DNA of 64,000 nucleotides, from NCBI RefSeq assembly GCF_009914755.1, contig NC_060926.1; one strand, written 5' to 3'. Numbering within the stretch: position 1 is the stretch's first letter; every line of letters starts with the position of its first letter. Source of the DNA: the human T2T-CHM13v2.0 reference genome, Homo sapiens. The notes below the pieces were generated by a model. The model saw only the letters and a list, made by a program, of their open reading frames with translations, ran no database searches and had not been told where the DNA came from. Shown piece after piece: positions 21,577 to 36,400 of this stretch. The translations under genes and the position numbers were made by a program.

Positions 21577-24500
21577 CATTCTCAGAAACTTATTTGTGAT
21601 GTGTGCCCTCAACTAACAGTGTTGAACCTTTCTTTTGATAGAGCAGTTTTGAAACACTCTTTTTGTAATATCTGCAAGAGGATATTTGGATAGCTTTGAG
21701 GATTTCGTTGGAAACGGGATTGTCTTCATATAAACTCTAGACAGAAGCATTCTCAGAAGCTTCATTGGGATGTTTCAATTGAAGTCACAGTGTTGAACAG
21801 TCCCTTTCATAGAGCAGGTTTGAAACACTCTTTTTGTAGTATCTGGAAGTGGACATTTGGAGAGATCTCAGGAGTACGGTGATAAAGGAAATATCTTCCA
21901 ATAAAAGCTAGATAGAAGCAATGTCAGAAACTTTTTCATGATGTATCTACTCAGCTAACAGAGTTGAACCTTTCTTTTGAGAGAGCAGTTTTGAAACACT
22001 CTTTTTGTGGAATCTGCAAGTGGATATTTGTCTAGCTTTGAGGATTTCGTTGGAAACGGGATTACATATAAAAAGCAGACAGCAGCATTCCCAGAAACTT
22101 CTTTGTGAAGTTTGCATTCAAGTCACAGAGTTGAACATTCGCTTTCATAGAGCAGGTTTGAAACACTCTTTTTGTAGTATCTGTATGTGGACATTTGGAG
22201 CGCTTTCAGGCCTATGGTGAAAAAGGAAATATCTTCCCCTGAAAACTAGACAGAAGCATTCTCAGAATCTTATTTGTGATGTGCACCCTCAACTAACAGT
22301 GTTGAAGCTTTCTTTTGATAGAGCAGTTTTGAAACACTCTTTTTGTAAAATCTGCAAGAGGATATTTGGATAGCTTTGAGGATTTCGTTGGAAACCGGAT
22401 TGTCTTCATATAAACTCTAGACAGAAGCATTCTCAGAAGCTTCATTGGGATGTTTCAATTGAAGTCACAGTGTTGAACAGTCCCTTTCATAGAGCAGGTT
22501 TGAAACACTCTTTTTGTAGTATCTGGAAGTGGACATTTGGAGAGATCTCAGGAATACGGTGATAAAGGAAATATCTTCCAATAAAAGCTAGATAGAAGCA
22601 ATGTCAGAAACTTTTTCATGATGTACCTACTCAGCTAACAGAGTTGAACCTTTCTTTTGAGAGAGCAGTTTTGAAACACTCTTTTTGTGGAATCTGCAAG
22701 TGGATATTTGTCTAGCTTTGAGGATTTCGTTGGAAACGGGATTACATATAAAAAGCAGACAGCAGCATTCCCAGAAACTTCTTTGTGATGTTTGCATTCA
22801 AGTCACAGAGTTGAACATTCCCTTTCATAGAGCAGGTTTGAAACACTCTTTTTGTAGTATCTGGATGTGGACATTTGCAGCGCTTTCAGGCCTATGGTGA
22901 AAAAGGAAATATCTTCCCCTGAAAACTAGACAGAAGCATTCTCAGAATCTTATTTGTGATGTGCGCCCTCAATTAACAGTGTTGAAGCTTTCTTTTGATA
23001 GAGCAGTTTTGAAACACTCTTTTTGTAAAATCTGCAAGAGGATATTTGGATAGCTTTGAGGATTTCGTTGGAAACGGGATTGTCTTCATATAAACTCTAG
23101 ACAGAAGCATTCTCAGAAGCTTCATTGGGATGTTTCAATTGAAGTCACAGTGTTGAACAGTTCCTTTCATAGAACAGGTTTGAAACACTCTTTTTGTAGT
23201 ATCTGGAAGTGGACATTTGGAGCGCTCTCAGGACTATGGTGAAAAAGGAAATATCTTCCAATAAAAGCTACATAGAAGCAATGTCAGAAACTTTTTCAGG
23301 ATGTATCTACTCAGCTAACAGAGTTGAACCTTTCCTTTGAGAGAGCAGTTTTGAAACACTCTTTTTGTGGAATCTGCAAGTGGATATTTGTCTAGCTTTG
23401 AGGATTTCGTTGGAAACGGGATTACATATAAAAAGCAGACAGCAGCATTCCCAGTAACTTCTTTGTGATGTTTGCATTCAAGTCACAGAGTTGAACCTTC
23501 CCTTTCATAGAGCAGGTGTGAAACACTCTTTTTGTAGTATCTGGATGTGGACATTTGGAGCGCTTTCAGGCCTATGGTGAAAAAGGAAATATCTTCCCCT
23601 GAAAACTAGACAGAAGCATTCTCAGAAACTTATTTGTGATGTGCGCCCTCAACTAACAGTGTTGAACCTTTCTTTTGATAGAGCAGTTTTGAAACACTCT
23701 TTTTGTAAAATCTGCAAGAGGATATTTGGATAGCTTTGAGGATTTCGTTGGAAACGGGATTGTCTTCATATAAACTCTAGACAGAAGCATTCTCAGAAGC
23801 TTCATTGGGATGTTTCAATTGAAGTCACAGTGTTGAACAGTCCCTTTCATAGAGCAGGTTTGAAACACTCTTTTTGTAGTATCTGGAAGTGGACATTTGG
23901 AGCGCTTTCAGGACTGCGGTGAAAAAGGAAATATCTTCTATTAAAAGCTAGATAGAAGCAATGTCAGAAACTTTTTCATGATGTATCTACTCAGCTAACA
24001 GAGTTGAACCTTCCTTTGAGAGAGCAGTTTTGAAACACTCTTTTTGTGGAATCTGCAAGTGGATATTTGTCTAGCTTTGAGGATTTCGTTGGAAACGGGA
24101 TTACATATAAAAAGCAGACAGCAGCATTCCCAGAAACTTCTTTGTGATGTTTGCATTCAAGTCACAGAGTTGAACATTCCCTTTCATAGAGCAGGTTTGA
24201 AACACTCTTTTTGTAGTATCTGGATGTGGACATTTACAGCGCCTTCAGGCCTAAGGTGAAAAAGGAAATATCTTCCCCTGAAAACTAGACAGAAGCATTC
24301 TCAGAAACTTATTTGTGATGTGCGCCCTCAACTTACAGTGTTGAAGCATTCTTTTGATAGAGCAGTTTTGAAACACTCTTTTTGTGGAATCTGCAAGTAG
24401 ATATTGTCTAGCTTTGAGGATTTCGTTGGAAACGGGATTACATATAAAAAGCAGACAGCAGCATTCCCAGAAACTTCTTTGTGATGTTTGCATTCAAGTC

Positions 24501-27500
24501 ACAGAGTTGAACATTCCCTTTCATAGAGCAGGTTTGAAACACTCTTTTTATAGTATCTGGATGTGGACATTTGGAGCGCTTTCAGGCCTATGGTGAAAAA
24601 GGAAATATCTTCCCCTGAAAACTAGACAGAAGCATTCTCAGAATCTTATTTGTGATGTGCGCCCTCAACTAACAGTGTTGAAGCTTTCTTTTGATAGAGC
24701 AGTTTTGAAACACACTTTTCGTAAAATCTGCAAGAGTATATTTGGATAGCTTTGAGGATTTCGTTGGAAACGGGATTGTCTTCATATAAACTCTAGACAG
24801 AAGCATTCTCAGAAGCTTCATTGGGATGTTTCAATTGAAGTCACAGTGTTGAACAGTCCCTTTCATAGAGCAGGTTTGAAACACTCTTTTTGTAGTATCT
24901 GGAAGTGGAGATTTGGAGAGATCTCAGGTATACGGTGATAAAGGAAATGTCTTCCAATAAAAGCTAGATAGAAGCAATGTCAGAAACTTTTTCATGATGT
25001 ATCTACTCAGCTAACAGAGTTGAACCTTTCTTTTGAGAGAGCAGTTTTGAAACACTCTTTTTGTGGAATCTGCAAGTGGATATTTGTCTAGCTTTGAGGA
25101 TTTCGTTGGAAACGGGATTACATATAAAAAGCAGACAGCAGCATTCCCAGAAACTTCTTTGTGATGTTTGCATTCAAGTCACAGAGTTGAACATTCCCTT
25201 TCATAGAGCAGGTTTGAAACACTCTTTTTGTAGTATCTGGATGTGGACATTTGGAGCGCTTTCAGGCCTATGGTGAAAAAGGAAATATCTTCCCCTGAAA
25301 ACTAGACAGAAGCATTCTCAGAAACTTATTTGTGATGTGCGCCCTCAACTAACAGTGTTGAAGCTTTCTTTTGATAGAGCAGTTTTGAAACACTCTTTTT
25401 GTAAAATCTGCAAGAGGATATTTGGATAGCTTTGAGGATTTCGTTGGAAACGGGATTGTCTTCATATAAACTCTAGACAGAAGCATTCTCAGAAGCTTCA
25501 TTGGGATGTTTCAATTGAAGTCACAGTGTTGAACAGTTCCTTTCATAGAACAGGTTTGAAACACTCTTTTTGTAGTATCTGGAAGTGGACATTTGGAGCG
25601 CTCTCAGGACTATGGTGAAAAAGGAAATATCTTCCAATAAAAGCTACATAGAAGCAATGTCAGAAACTTTTTCATGATGTATCTACTCAGCTAACAGAGT
25701 TGAACCTTTCCTTTGAGAGAGCAGTTTTGAAACACTCTTTTTGTGGAATCTGCAAGTGGATATTTGTCTAGCTTTGAGGATTTCGTTGGAAACGGGATTA
25801 CATATAAAAAGCAGACAGCAGCATTCCCAGAAACTTCTTTGTGATGTTTGCATTCAAGTCACAGAGTTGAACATTCCCTTTCATAGAGCAGGTTTGAAAC
25901 ACTCTTTTTGTAGTATCTGGATGTGGACATTTGGAGCGCTTTCAGGCCTATGGTGAAAAAGGAAATATCTTCCCCTGAAAACTAGACAGAAGCATTCTCA
26001 GAAACTTATTTGTGATGTGCGCCCTCAACTAACAGTGTTGAAGCTTTCTTTTGATAGAGCAGTTTTGAAACACTCTTTTTGTAATATCTGCAAGAGGATA
26101 TTTGGATAGCTTTGAGGATTTCGTTGGAAACGGGATTGTCTTCACATAAACTCTAGACAGAAGCATTCTCAGAAGCTTCATTGGGATGTTTCAATTGAAG
26201 TCACAGTGTTGAACGGTTCCTTTCATAGAACAGGTTTGAAACACTCTTTTTGTAGTATCTGGAAGTGGACATTTGGAGCGCTCTCAGGACTACGGTGAAA
26301 AAGGAAATATCTTCCAATAAAAGCTAGATAGAAGCAATGTCAGAAAATTTTTCATGATGTATCTACTCAGCTAACAGAGTTGAACCTTCCTTTGAGAGAG
26401 CAGTTTTGAAACACTCTTTTTGTGGAATCTGCAAGTGGATATTTGTCTAGCTTTGAGGATTTCGCTGGAAACGGGATTACATATAAAAACAGACAGCAGC
26501 ATTCCCAGTAACTTCTTTGTGATGTTTGCATTCAAGTCACAGAGTTGAACATTCCCTTTCATAGAGCAGGTTTGAAACACTCTTTTTGTAGTATCTGGAT
26601 GTGGACATTTGGAGCGCTTTCAGGCCTATGGTGAAAAAGGAAATATCTTCCCCTGAAAACTAGACAGAAGCATTCTCAGAAACTTATTTGTGATGTGCGC
26701 CCTCAACTAACAGTGTTGAACCTTTCTTTTGATAGAGCAGTTTTGAAACACTCTTTTTGTAAAATCTGCAAGAGGATATTTGGATAGATTTGAGGATTTC
26801 GTTGGAAACGGGATTGTCTTCATATAAACTCTAGACAGAAGCATTCTCAGAAGCTTCATTGAGATGTTTCAAGTGAAGTCACAGTGTTGAACAGTCCCTT
26901 TCATAGAGCAGGTTTGAAACACTCTTTTTGTAGTATCTGGAAGTGGACATTTGGAGAGATCTCAGGAATACGGTGATAAAGGAAATATCTTCCAATAAAA
27001 GCTAGATAGAAGCAATGTCAGAAACTTTTTCATGATGTATCTACTCAGCTAACAGAGTTGAACCTTTCTTTTGAGAGAGCAGTTTTGAAACACTCTTTTT
27101 GTGGAATCTGCAAGTGGATATTTGTCTAGCTTTGAGGATTTCGTTGGAAACGGGATTACATATAAAAAGCAGACAGCAGCATTCCCAGAAACTTCATTGT
27201 GAAGTTTGCATACAAGTCACAGAGTTGAACATTCCCTTTCATAGAGCAGGTTTGAAACACTCTTTTTGTAGTATCTGGATGTGGACATTTGGAGCGCTTT
27301 GAAGCCTATGGTGAAAAAGGAAATATCTTCCCCTGAAAACTAGACAGAAGCATTCTCAGGAACTTATTTGTGATGTGCGCCCTCAACTAACAGTGTTGAA
27401 GCTTTCTTTTGATAGAGCAGTTTTGAAACACTCTTTTTGTGGAATCTGCAAGAGGATATTTGTCTAGCTTTGAGGATTTCGTTGGAAACGGGATTACATA

Positions 27501-30499
27501 TAAAAAGCAGACAGCAGCATTCCCAGTAACTTCTTTGTGATGTTTGCATTCAAGTCACAGAGTTGAACATTCCCTTTCATAGAGCAGGTTTGAAACACTC
27601 TTTTTGTAGTATCTGGATGTGGACATTTGGAGCGCTTTCAGGCCTATGGTGAAAAAGGAAATATCTTCCCCTGAAAACTAGACAGAAGCATTCTCAGAAA
27701 CTTATTTGTGATGTGCGCCCTCAACTAACAGTGTTGAACCTTTCTTTTGATAGAGCAGTTTTGAAACACTCTTTTTGTAATATCTGCAAGAGGATATTTG
27801 GATAGCTTTGAGGATTTCGTTGGAAACGGGATTGTCTTCATATAAACTCTAGACAGAAGCATTCTCAGATGCTTCATTGGGATGTTTCAATTGAAGTCAC
27901 AGTGTTGAACAGTCCCTTTCATAGAGCAGGTTTGAAACACTCTTTTTGTAGTATCTGGAAGTGGACATTTGGAGAGATCTCAGGAATACGGTGATAAAGG
28001 AAATATCTTCCAATAAAAGCTAGATAGAAGCAATGTCAGAAACTTTTTCATGATGTATCTACTCAGCTAACAGAGTTGAACCTTTCTTTTGAGAGAGCAG
28101 TTTTGAAACACTCTTTTTGTGGAATCTGCAAGTGGATATTTGTCTAGCTTTGAGGATTTCGTTGGAAACGGGATTACATATAAAAAGCAGACAGCAGCAT
28201 TCCCAGAAACTTCTTTGTGAAGTTTGCATTCAAGTCACAGAGTTAAACATTCCCTTTCATAGAGCAGGTTTGAAACACTCTTTTTGTAGTATCTGGATGT
28301 GGACATTTGGAGCGCTTTCAGGCCTATGGTGAAAAAGGAAATATCTTCCCCTGAAAACTAGACAGAAGCATTCTCAGAATCTTATTTGTGATGTGCGCCC
28401 TCAACTAACAGTGTTGAAGCTTTCTTTTGATAGAGCAGTTTTGAAACACTCTTTTTGTAAAGTCTGCAAGAGGATATTTGGATAGCTTTGAGGATTTCTT
28501 TGGAAACGGGATTGTCTTCATATAAACTCTAGACAGAAGCATTCTCAGAAGCTTCATTGGGATGTTTCAATTGAAGACACAGTGTTGAACAGTCCCTTTC
28601 ATAGAGCAGGTTTGAAACACTCTTTTTGTAGTATCTGGAAGTGGACATTTGGAGCGCTCTCAGGACTACGGTGAAAAAGGAAGTATCTTCCAATAAAAGC
28701 TAGATAGAAGCAATGACAGAAACTTTTTCATGGTGTATCTACTCAGCTAACAGAGTTGAACCTTTCTTTTGAGAGAGCAGTTTTGAAACACTCTTTTTGT
28801 GGAATCTGCAAGTGCATATTTGTCTAGCTTTGAGGATTTCGTTGGAAACGGGATTACATATAAAAAGCAGACAGCAGCATTCCCAGAAACTTCTTTGTGA
28901 TGTTTGCATTCAAGTCACAGAGTTGAACATTCCCTTTCATAGAGCAGGTTTGAAACACTCTTTTTGTAGTATCTGGATGTGGACATTTGGAGCGCTTTCA
29001 GGCCTATGGTGAAAAAGGAAATATCTTCCCCTGAAAACTAGACAGAAGCATTCTCAGAAACTTATTTGTGATGTGCGCCCTCAACTAACAGTGTTGAACC
29101 TTTCTTTTGATAGAGCAGTTTTGAAACACTCTTTTTGTAAAATCTGCAAGAGGATATTTGGATAGCTTTGAGGATTTCATTGGAAACGGGATTGTCTTCA
29201 TATAAACTCTAGACAGAAGCATTCTCAGAAGCTTCATTGGGATGTTTCAATTGAAGTCACAGTGTTGAACAGTCACTTTCATAGAGCAGGTTTGAAACAC
29301 TCTTTTTGTAGTATCTGGATGTGGACATTTGGAGCGCTTTCAGGCCTATGGTTTAAAAGGAAATATCTTCCCCTGAAAACTAGACAGAAGCATTCTCAGA
29401 AACTTATTTGTGATGTGCGCCCTCAACTAACAGTGTTGAAGCATTCTTTTGATAGAGCAGTTTTGAAATACTCTTTTTGTGGAATCTGCAAGTAGATATT
29501 TGTCTAGCTTTGAGGATTTCGTTGGAAACGGGATTACATATAAAAAGCAGACAGCAGCATTCCCAGAAACTTCTTTGTGATGTTTGCATTCAAGTCACAG
29601 AGTTAAACATTCCCTTTCATAGAGCAGGTTTGAAACACTCTTTTTGTAGTATCTGGATGTGGACATTTGGAGCGCTTTCAGGCCTATGGTGAAAAAGGAA
29701 ATATCTTCCCCTGAAAACTAGACAGAAGCATTCTCAGAATCTTATTTGTGATGTGCGCCCTCAACTAACAGTGTTGAAGCTTTCTTTTGATAGAGCAGTT
29801 TTGAAACACTCTTTTTGTAAAATCTGCAAGAGGATATTTGGATAGCTTTGAGGATTTCGTTGGAAACGGGATTGTCTTCATATAAACTCTAGACAGAAGC
29901 ATTCTCAGAAGCTTCATTGGGATGTTTCAATTGAAGTCACAGTGTTGAACAGTCCCTTTCATAGAGCAGGTTTGAAACACTCTTTTTGTAGTATCTGGAA
30001 GTGGACATTTGGAGCGCACTCAGGACTGCGGTGAAAAAGGACATATCTTCCAATAAAAGCTAGATAGAAGCAATGTCAGAAACTTTTTCATGATGTATCT
30101 ACTCAGCTAACAGAGTTGAACATTCCTTTGAGAGAGCAGTTTTGAAACACTCTTTTTGTGGAATCTGCAAGGGGATATTTGCCTAGCTTTGAGGATTTCG
30201 TTGGAAACGGGATTACATATAAAAAGCAGACAGCAGCAATCCCAGTAACTTCTTTGTGATGTTTGCATTCAAGTCACAGAGTTGAACATTCCCTTTCATA
30301 GAGCAGTTTTGAAACACTCTTTTTGTAGTATCTGGATGTGGACATTTGGAGCGCTTTCAGGCCTATGGTGAAAAAGGAAATATCTTCCCCTGAAAACTAG
30401 ACAGAAGCATTCTCAGAAACTTATTTGTGATGTGCGCCCTCAACTAACAGTGTTGAACCTTTCTTTTGATAGAGCAGTTTTGAAACACTCTTTTTGTAA

Positions 30500-33400
30500 T
30501 ATCTGCAAGAGGATATTTGGATAGCTTTGAGGATTTCATTGGAAACGGGATTGTCTTCATATAAACTCTAGACAGAAGCATTCTCAGAAGCTTCATTGGG
30601 ATGTTTCAATTGAAGTCACAGTGTTGAACAGTCCCTTTCATAGAGCAGGTTTGAAACACTCTTTTTGTAGTATCTGGAAGTGGATATTTGGAGAGATCTC
30701 AGGAGTACGGTGATAAAGGAAATATCTTCCAATAAAAGCTAGATAGAAGCAATGTCAGAAACTTTTTCATGATGTATCTACTCAGCTAACAGAGTTGAAC
30801 CTTTCTTTTGAGAGAGCAGTTTTGAAACACTCTTTTTGTGGAATCTGCAAGTGGATATTTGTCTAGCTTTGAGGATTTCGTTGGAAACGGGATTACATAT
30901 AAAAAGCAGACAGCAGCATTCCCAGAAACTTCTTTGTGAAGTTTGCATTCAAGTCACAGAGTTGAACATTCGCTTTCATAGAGCAGGTTTGAAACACTCT
31001 TTTTGTAGTATCTGTATGTGGACATTTGGAGCGCTTTCAGGCCTATGGTGAAAAAGGAAATATCTTCCCCTGAAAACTAGACAGAAGCATTCTCAGAATC
31101 TTATTTGTGATGTGCACCCTCAACTAACAGTGTTGAAGCTTTCTTTTGATAGAGCAGTTTTGAAACACTCTTTTCGTAAAATCTGCAAGAGGATATTTGG
31201 ATAGCTTTGAGGATTTCATTGGAAACCGGATTGTCTTCATATAAACTCTAGACAGAAGCATTCTCAGAAGCTTCATTGGGATGTTTCAATTGAAGTCATA
31301 GTGTTGAACAGTCCCTTTCATAGAGCAGGTTTGAAACACTCTTTTTGTAGTATCTGGAAGTGGACATTTGGAGAGATCTCAGGAATACGGTGATAAAGGA
31401 AATATCTTCCAATAAAAGCTAGATAGAAGCAATGTCAGAAACTTTTTCATGATGTACCTACTCAGCTAACAGAGTTGAACCTTTCTTTTGAGAGAGCAGT
31501 TTTGAAACACTCTTTTTGTGGAATCTGCAAGTGGATATTTGTCTAGCTTTGAGGATTTCGTTGGAAACGGGATTACATATAAAAAGCAGACAGCAGCATT
31601 CCCAGAAACTTCTTTGTGATGTTTGCATTCAAGTCACAGAGTTGAACATTCCCTTTCATAGAGCAGGTTTGAAACACTCTTTTTGTAGTATCTGGATGTG
31701 GACATTTGGAGCGCTTTCAGGCCTATGGTGAAAAAGGAAATATCTTCCCCTGAAAACTAGACAGAAGCATTCTCAGAATCTTATTTGTGATGTGCGCCCT
31801 CAATTAATAGTGTTGAAGCTTTCTTTTGATAGAGCAGTTTTGAAACACTCTTTTTGTAAAATCTGCAAGAGGATATTTGGATAGCTTTGAGGATTTCGTT
31901 GGAAACGGGATTGTCTTCATATAAACTCTAGACAGAAGCATTCTCAGAAGCTTCATTGGGATGTTTCAATTGAAGTCACACTGTTGAACAGTTCCTTTCA
32001 TAGAACAGGTTTGAAACACTCTTTTTGTAGTATCTGGAAGTGGACATTTGGAGCGCTCTCAGGACTATGGTGAAAAAGGAAATATCTTCCAATAAAAGCT
32101 ACATAGAAGCAATGTCAGAAACTTTTTCATGATGTATCTACTCAGCTAACAGAGTTGAACCTTTCCTTTGAGAGAGCAGTTTTGAAACACTCTTTTTGTG
32201 GAATCTGCAAGTGGATATTTGTCTAGCTTTGAGGATTTCGTTGGAAACGGGATTACATATAAAAAGCAGACAGCAGCATTCCCAGTAACTTCTTTGTGAT
32301 GTTTGCATTCAAGTCACAGAGTTGAACATTCCCTTTCATAGAGCAGGTGTGAAACACTCTTTTTGTAGTATCTGGATGTGGACATTTGGAGCGCTTTCAG
32401 GCCTATGGTGAAAAAGGAAATATCTTCCCCTGAAAACTAGACAGAAGCATTCTCAGAAACTTATTTGTGATGTGCGCCCTCAACTAACAGTGTTGAACCT
32501 TTCTTTTGATAGAGCAGTTTTGAAACACTCTTTTTGTAATATCTGCAAGAGGATATTTGGATAGCTTTGAGGATTTCGTTGGAAACGGGATTGTCTTCAT
32601 ATAAACTCTAGACAGAAGCATTCTCAGAAGCTTCATTGGGATGTTTCAATTGAAGTCACAGTGTTGAACAGTCCCTTTCATAGAGCAGGTTTGAAACACT
32701 CTTTTTGTAGTATCTGGATGTGGACATTTGGAGCGCTTTCAGGCCTATGGTTTAAAAGGAAATATCTTCCCCTGAAAACTAGACAGAAGCATTCTCAGAA
32801 ACTTATTTGTGATGTGCGCCCTCAACTAACAGTGTTGAACCTTTCTTTTGATAGAGCAGTTTTGAAACACTCTTTTTGTGGAATCTGCAAGTGGATATTT
32901 GTCTAGCTTTGAGGATTTCGTTGGAAACGGGATTACATATAAAAAGCAGACAGCAGCATTCCCAGAATCTTCTTTGTGATGTTTGCATTCAAGTCACAGA
33001 GTTGAACATTCCCTTTCATAGAGCAGGTTTGAAACACTCTTTTTATAGTATCTGGATGTGGACATTTGGAGCGCTTTCAGGCCTATGGTGAAAAAGGAAA
33101 TATCTTCCCCTGAAAACTAGACAGAAGCATTCTCAGAATCTTATTTGTGATGTGCGCCCTCAACTAACAGTGTTGAACCTTTCTTTTGATAGAGCAGTTT
33201 TGAAACACTCTTTTTGTGGAATCTGCAGGTGGACATTTGTCTAGCTTTGAGGATTTCGTTGGAAACGGGATTACATATAAAAAGCAGACAGCAGCATTCC
33301 CAGAATCTTCTTTGTGATGTTTGCATTCAAGTCACAGAGTTGAACATTCCCTTTCATAGAGCAGGTTTGAAACACTCTTTTTGTAGTATCTGGATGTGGA

Positions 33401-36400
33401 CATTTGGAGCGCTTTCAGGCCTATGGTGAAAAAGGAAATATCTTCTCCTGAAAACTAGACAGAAGCATTCTCAGAATCTTATTTGTGATGTGCGCCCTCA
33501 ACTAACAGTGTTGAAGCTTTCTTTTGATAGAGCAGTTTTGAAACACTCTTTTTGTAAAATCTGCAAGAGGATATTTGGATAGCTTTGAGGATTTCATTGG
33601 AAACGGGATTGTCTTCATATAAACTCTAGACAGAAGCATTCTCAGAAGCTTCATTGGGATGTTTCAATTGAAGTCACAGTGTTGAACAGTCCCTTTCATA
33701 GAGCAGGTTTGAAACACTCTTTTTGTAGTATCTGGAAGTGGATATTTGGAGAGATCTCAGGAGTACGGTGATAAAGGAAATATCTTCCAATAAAAGCTAG
33801 ATAGAAGCAATGTCAGAAACTTTTTCATGATGTATCTACTCAGCTAACAGAGTTGAACCTTTCTTTTGAGAGAGCAGTTTTGAAACACTCTTTTTGTGGA
33901 ATCTGCAAGTGGATATTTGTCTAGCTTTGAGGATTTCGTTGGAAACGGGATTACATATAAAAAGCAGACAGCAGCATTCCCAGAAACTTCTTTGTGAAGT
34001 TTGCATTCAAGTCACAGAGTTGAACATTCGCTTTCATAGAGCAGGTTTGAAACACTCTTTTTGTAGTATCTGTATGTGGACATTTGGAGCGCTTTCAGGC
34101 CTATGGTGAAAAAGGAAATATCTTCCCCTGAAAACTAGACAGAAGCATTCTCAGAATCTTATTTGTGATGTGCACCCTCAACTAACAGTGTTGAAGCTTT
34201 CTTTTGATAGAGCAGTTTTGAAACACTCTTTTTGTAAAATCTGCAAGAGGATATTTGGATAGCTTTGAGGATTTCATTGGAAACCGGATTGTCTTCATAT
34301 AAACTCTAGACAGAAGCATTCTCAGAAGCTTCATTGGGATGTTTCAATTGAAGTCATAGTGTTGAACAGTCCCTTTCATAGAGCAGGTTTGAAACACTCT
34401 TTTTGTAGTATCTGGAAGTGGACATTTGGAGAGATCTCAGGAATACGGTGATAAAGGAAATATCTTCCAATAAAAGCTAGATAGAAGCAATGTCAGAAAC
34501 TTTTTCATGATGTACCTACTCAGCTAACAGAGTTGAACCTTTCTTTTGAGAGAGCAGTTTTGAAACACTCTTTTTGTGGAATCTGCAAGTGGATATTTGT
34601 CTAGCTTTGAGGATTTCGTTGGAAACGGGATTACATATAAAAAGCAGACAGCAGCATTCCCAGAAACTTCTTTGTGATGTTTGCATTCAAGTCACAGAGT
34701 TGAACATTCCCTTTCATAGAGCAGGTTTGAAACACTCTTTTTGTAGTATCTGGATGTGGACATTTGGAGCGCTTTCAGGCCTATGGTGAAAAAGGAAATA
34801 TCTTCCCCTGAAAACTAGACAGAAGCATTCTCAGAATCTTATTTGTGATGTGCGCCCTCAATTAATAGTGTTGAAGCTTTCTTTTGATAGAGCAGTTTTG
34901 AAACACTCTTTTTGTAAAATCTGCAAGAGGATATTTGGATAGCTTTGAGGATTTCGTTGGAAACGGGATTGTCTTCATATAAACTCTAGACAGAAGCATT
35001 CTCAGAAGCTTCATTGGGATGTTTCAATTGAAGTCACACTGTTGAACAGTTCCTTTCATAGAACAGGTTTGAAACACTCTTTTTGTAGTATCTGGAAGTG
35101 GACATTTGGAGCGCTCTCAGGACTATGGTGAAAAAGGAAATATCTTCCAATAAAAGCTACATAGAAGCAATGTCAGAAACTTTTTCATGATGTATCTACT
35201 CAGCTAACAGAGTTGAACCTTTCCTTTGAGAGAGCAGTTTTGAAACACTCTTTTTGTGGAATCTGCAAGTGGATATTTGTCTAGCTTTGAGGATTTCGTT
35301 GGAAACGGGATTACATATAAAAAGCAGACAGCAGCATTCCCAGTAACTTCTTTGTGATGTTTGCATTCAAGTCACAGAGTTGAACATTCCCTTTCATAGA
35401 GCAGGTGTGAAACACTCTTTTTGTAGTATCTGGATGTGGACATTTGGAGCGCTTTCAGGCCTATGGTGAAAAAGGAAATATCTTCCCCTGAAAACTAGAC
35501 AGAAGCATTCTCAGAAACTTATTTGTGATGTGCGCCCTCAACTAACAGTGTTGAACCTTTCTTTTGATAGAGCAGTTTTGAAACACTCTTTTTGTAATAT
35601 CTGCAAGAGGATATTTGGATAGCTTTGAGGATTTCGTTGGAAACGGGATTGTCTTCATATAAACTCTAGACAGAAGCATTCTCAGAAGCTTCATTGGGAT
35701 GTTTCAATTGAAGTCACAGTGTTGAACAGTCCCTTTCATAGAGCAGGTTTGAAACACTCTTTTTGTAGTATCTGGATGTGGACATTTGGAGCGCTTTCAG
35801 GCCTATGGTTTAAAAGGAAATATCTTCCCCTGAAAACTAGACAGAAGCATTCTCAGAAACTTATTTGTGATGTGCGCCCTCAACTAACAGTGTTGAACCT
35901 TTCTTTTGATAGAGCAGTTTTGAAACACTCTTTTTGTGGAATCTGCAAGTGGATATTTGTCTAGCTTTGAGGATTTCGTTGGAAACGGGATTACATATAA
36001 AAAGCAGACAGCAGCATTCCCAGAATCTTCTTTGTGATGTTTGCATTCAAGTCACAGAGTTGAACATTCCCTTTCATAGAGCAGGTTTGAAACACTCTTT
36101 TTATAGTATCTGGATGTGGACATTTGGAGCGCTTTCAGGCCTATGGTGAAAAAGGAAATATCTTCCCCTGAAAACTAGACAGAAGCATTCTCAGAATCTT
36201 ATTTGTGATGTGCGCCCTCAACTAACAGTGTTGAACCTTTCTTTTGATAGAGCAGTTTTGAAACACTCTTTTTGTTGAATCTGCAGGTGGACATTTGTCT
36301 AGCTTTGAGGATTTCGTTGGAAACGGGATTACATATAAAAAGCAGACAGCAGCATTCCCAGAATCTTCTTTGTGATGTTTGCATTCAAGTCACAGAGTTG

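Larger units (their letters stand above)
13930..26850 (+). repeat. Tandem multi-HOR duplication, offset 6967 bp; second copy has lost 1360 bp (offset 5607)
   Basis: 15038/22005, 15718/22685 and 17077/24044 (6967); 18777/24384, 19454/25061 and 20764/26371 (5607). Confidence 0.85.
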
